A stretch of 36,746 nt of DNA, taken from positions 52,272 through 89,017 of the forward strand of contig CAYGLK010000001.1 of the NCBI GenBank assembly GCA_964350985.1, written 5' to 3'. A program made the position numbers and the translations under genes. The DNA is from an uncultured Candidatus Saccharibacteria bacterium (GTDB taxonomy: Bacteria; Patescibacteriota; Minisyncoccia; Phycocordibacterales; UBA918). This document shows, piece by piece, positions 35,652-36,746 of this stretch (positions within the stretch are counted from its first letter, which is position 1; the number at the start of each line of letters is the position of its first letter). The notes under the pieces are model-generated. The model saw only the letters and a program-made list of their open reading frames with translations. It was not told where the DNA came from and did not search any database.

Positions 35652-35783
35652 ATCTTTGTTAGGCAAAGCCGCGGTTCCACCGAGTTTCTAGATAAGTTCT
35701 TACCTAGCACTTTATGATTCAGATTGGATGCCGAAGCATGAACATAAGTCCTAGCGTTTGGTAGACGCTACAATCTCTGATTA
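35602..35783 (-). ncRNA. T-box riboswitch (atypical, no canonical Stem I) upstream of thrS
   Basis: AAACTCGGTGGAACCGCG T-box (core 35670-35681); antiterminator partner CGTCCGAG overlaps the terminator; Stem III-like hairpin; ACC Thr codon in a 5' hairpin loop. Confidence 0.85.
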
Positions 35784-35789
35784 CCTTAT

Positions 35790-35818
35790 ATCGTAAGCTG
35801 ATTGGTAGATTTCGTCAA
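35790..35818 (-). promoter_or_regulatory. Sigma70 promoter of the thrS leader
   Basis: TTGACG-17 bp-TACGAT just after the dnaE stop. Confidence 0.7.
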
Positions 35819-35822
35819 ATTA

Positions 35823-36746
35823 CTAATTTTCAGCCACTACCTCTTTAGTGGCTAATAACTTAGCTTTATCAACCATAATACTAGGAGAATCATTACGGAT
35901 AGAAAGCTTGCCCTTAATAGCAATACAGGTTCCTGGAACTAATAACTCTTTTACTTCTATGTAAATCTTTGGAAAGATAACCATTTCAATATCTTCCTTT
36001 TTATCAGCCAAAGAAACAAAAGCCATCTTGTCTCCTTTTTTTGTTAAGAGTTCTCGTACAACGGTAACCATTCCAGCGGTTACAAGTTCACCTTTCATCC
36101 TGACAATAGCAATTTCTTCTTGGTTGTTTACCGCTTGTTTGATTGAGGTTACACTCGGTCTCTTTTCCAGCTCTTCACTAAAAGCATCAAGTGGATGACC
36201 GGAAACATAAACGCCGAGTAATTCTTTTTCCCAGATTAATTTTTGTAGCATTGGTGCCGGATCAGCAGCTGCTAAATTTAGTTCGTGGTTGTTGTCTGCA
36301 CCAAGTCCAAAGAGTGATTCTTGGGCAGATTCTTTTTCTGCTACACGTTCTTTGTTGAAAGCGAGCATCAGCTCTAAGTTGCTGTGCATTAAGCCTCGTT
36401 CTGCAAACCGATCTAGAGCCCCGGTCATGATCAGTGCTTCTAGAGATTTTTTGTTTAGGTTACGGTCATTAACTCTAGATAAGAAATCAGCCAGGGAAGT
36501 GAAAGGACCGTTTTTCTTTCGCTCAGTAATAATAATGTCAGCAATACCAGCACCAAAGTTCTTGATGGTTGTCAGTCCAAAACGAATGGTTTCTTTTCCA
36601 GGAACAACGGTGAAGTCCGCAAAGGATTCATTTAGATCTGGAGGTAGAACTTCAATATTCATGCGTTCACATTCACGAATAATTTCAGATACTTTTTCAG
36701 TATCGCCGGAGTCTGCTGTTAAGACAGCAGACATATACTCCACGCG
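35823..36746 (-). CDS. dnaE: DNA polymerase III alpha subunit, C-terminal part (5'-partial)
   Basis: EYMSAVL, VLPPDLNES, IRFGL..IK, EKELLGVYVSGHPL, OB-fold TKKGDKMAF. Confidence 0.96.
   Translation of the reverse strand, partial: RVEYMSAVLTADSGDTEKVSEIIRECERMNIEVLPPDLNESFADFTVVPGKETIRFGLTTIKNFGAGIADIIITERKKNGPFTSLADFLSRVNDRNLNKKSLEALIMTGALDRFAERGLMHSNLELMLAFNKERVAEKESAQESLFGLGADNNHELNLAAADPAPMLQKLIWEKELLGVYVSGHPLDAFSEELEKRPSVTSIKQAVNNQEEIAIVRMKGELVTAGMVTVVRELLTKKGDKMAFVSLADKKEDIEMVIFPKIYIEVKELLVPGTCIAIKGKLSIRNDSPSIMVDKAKLLATKEVVAEN

Noticed and set aside
1-36746. Alternative genetic code (TGA=Gly code 25, or global TAG recoding)
   Set aside because: Conserved genes are full length under code 11. 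TGA ends rpiB, TAG ends prfA, tsf and dnaE at the expected positions, and RF1 is present.

Overview
AT-rich bacterial chromosomal window read in genetic code 11. Its gene content is typical of Patescibacteria/CPR (Parcubacteria-like); this is an inference from the VirB2-like pilin, PEGA protein, streamlined aminoacyl-tRNA synthetases and scarcity of Shine-Dalgarno sites. From left to right it holds: the 3' end of an S74-chaperone fibre gene; a four-gene WxL/DUF916-like cell-surface cluster; gap-rpiB-rpe-split transketolase and a convergent pfkB; rplY, a lytic transglycosylase, rpmE2, prfA, rpsB and tsf; a ~2.5 kb variable region between convergent tRNA-Thr(UGU) and tRNA-Tyr(GUA); a pilin fusion, GT2, PEGA protein, pheS-pheT and gyrB; a CARDB/sortase/large VPYTG surface-protein locus; thrS; and the 3' part of dnaE. 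Best leads: (1) a T-box attenuator upstream of thrS with no canonical Stem I, whose Thr codon ACC sits centrally in a 7-nt anticodon-like loop; (2) a tandem array of structured elements bounded by alternating sense and antisense copies of the tRNA-Tyr 3' end, with related tRNA-fragment structures at tRNA-Thr; (3) a sortase next to a nine-module surface protein whose VPYTG-TM signal is followed by a ~265 aa cytoplasmic domain; (4) a pilin fused to a Hedgehog-like domain that has lost its Zn ligands; (5) a stand-alone, GC-rich RNAP alpha-CTD-like gene with a palindromic operator. All calls were made by eye; no searches were run.
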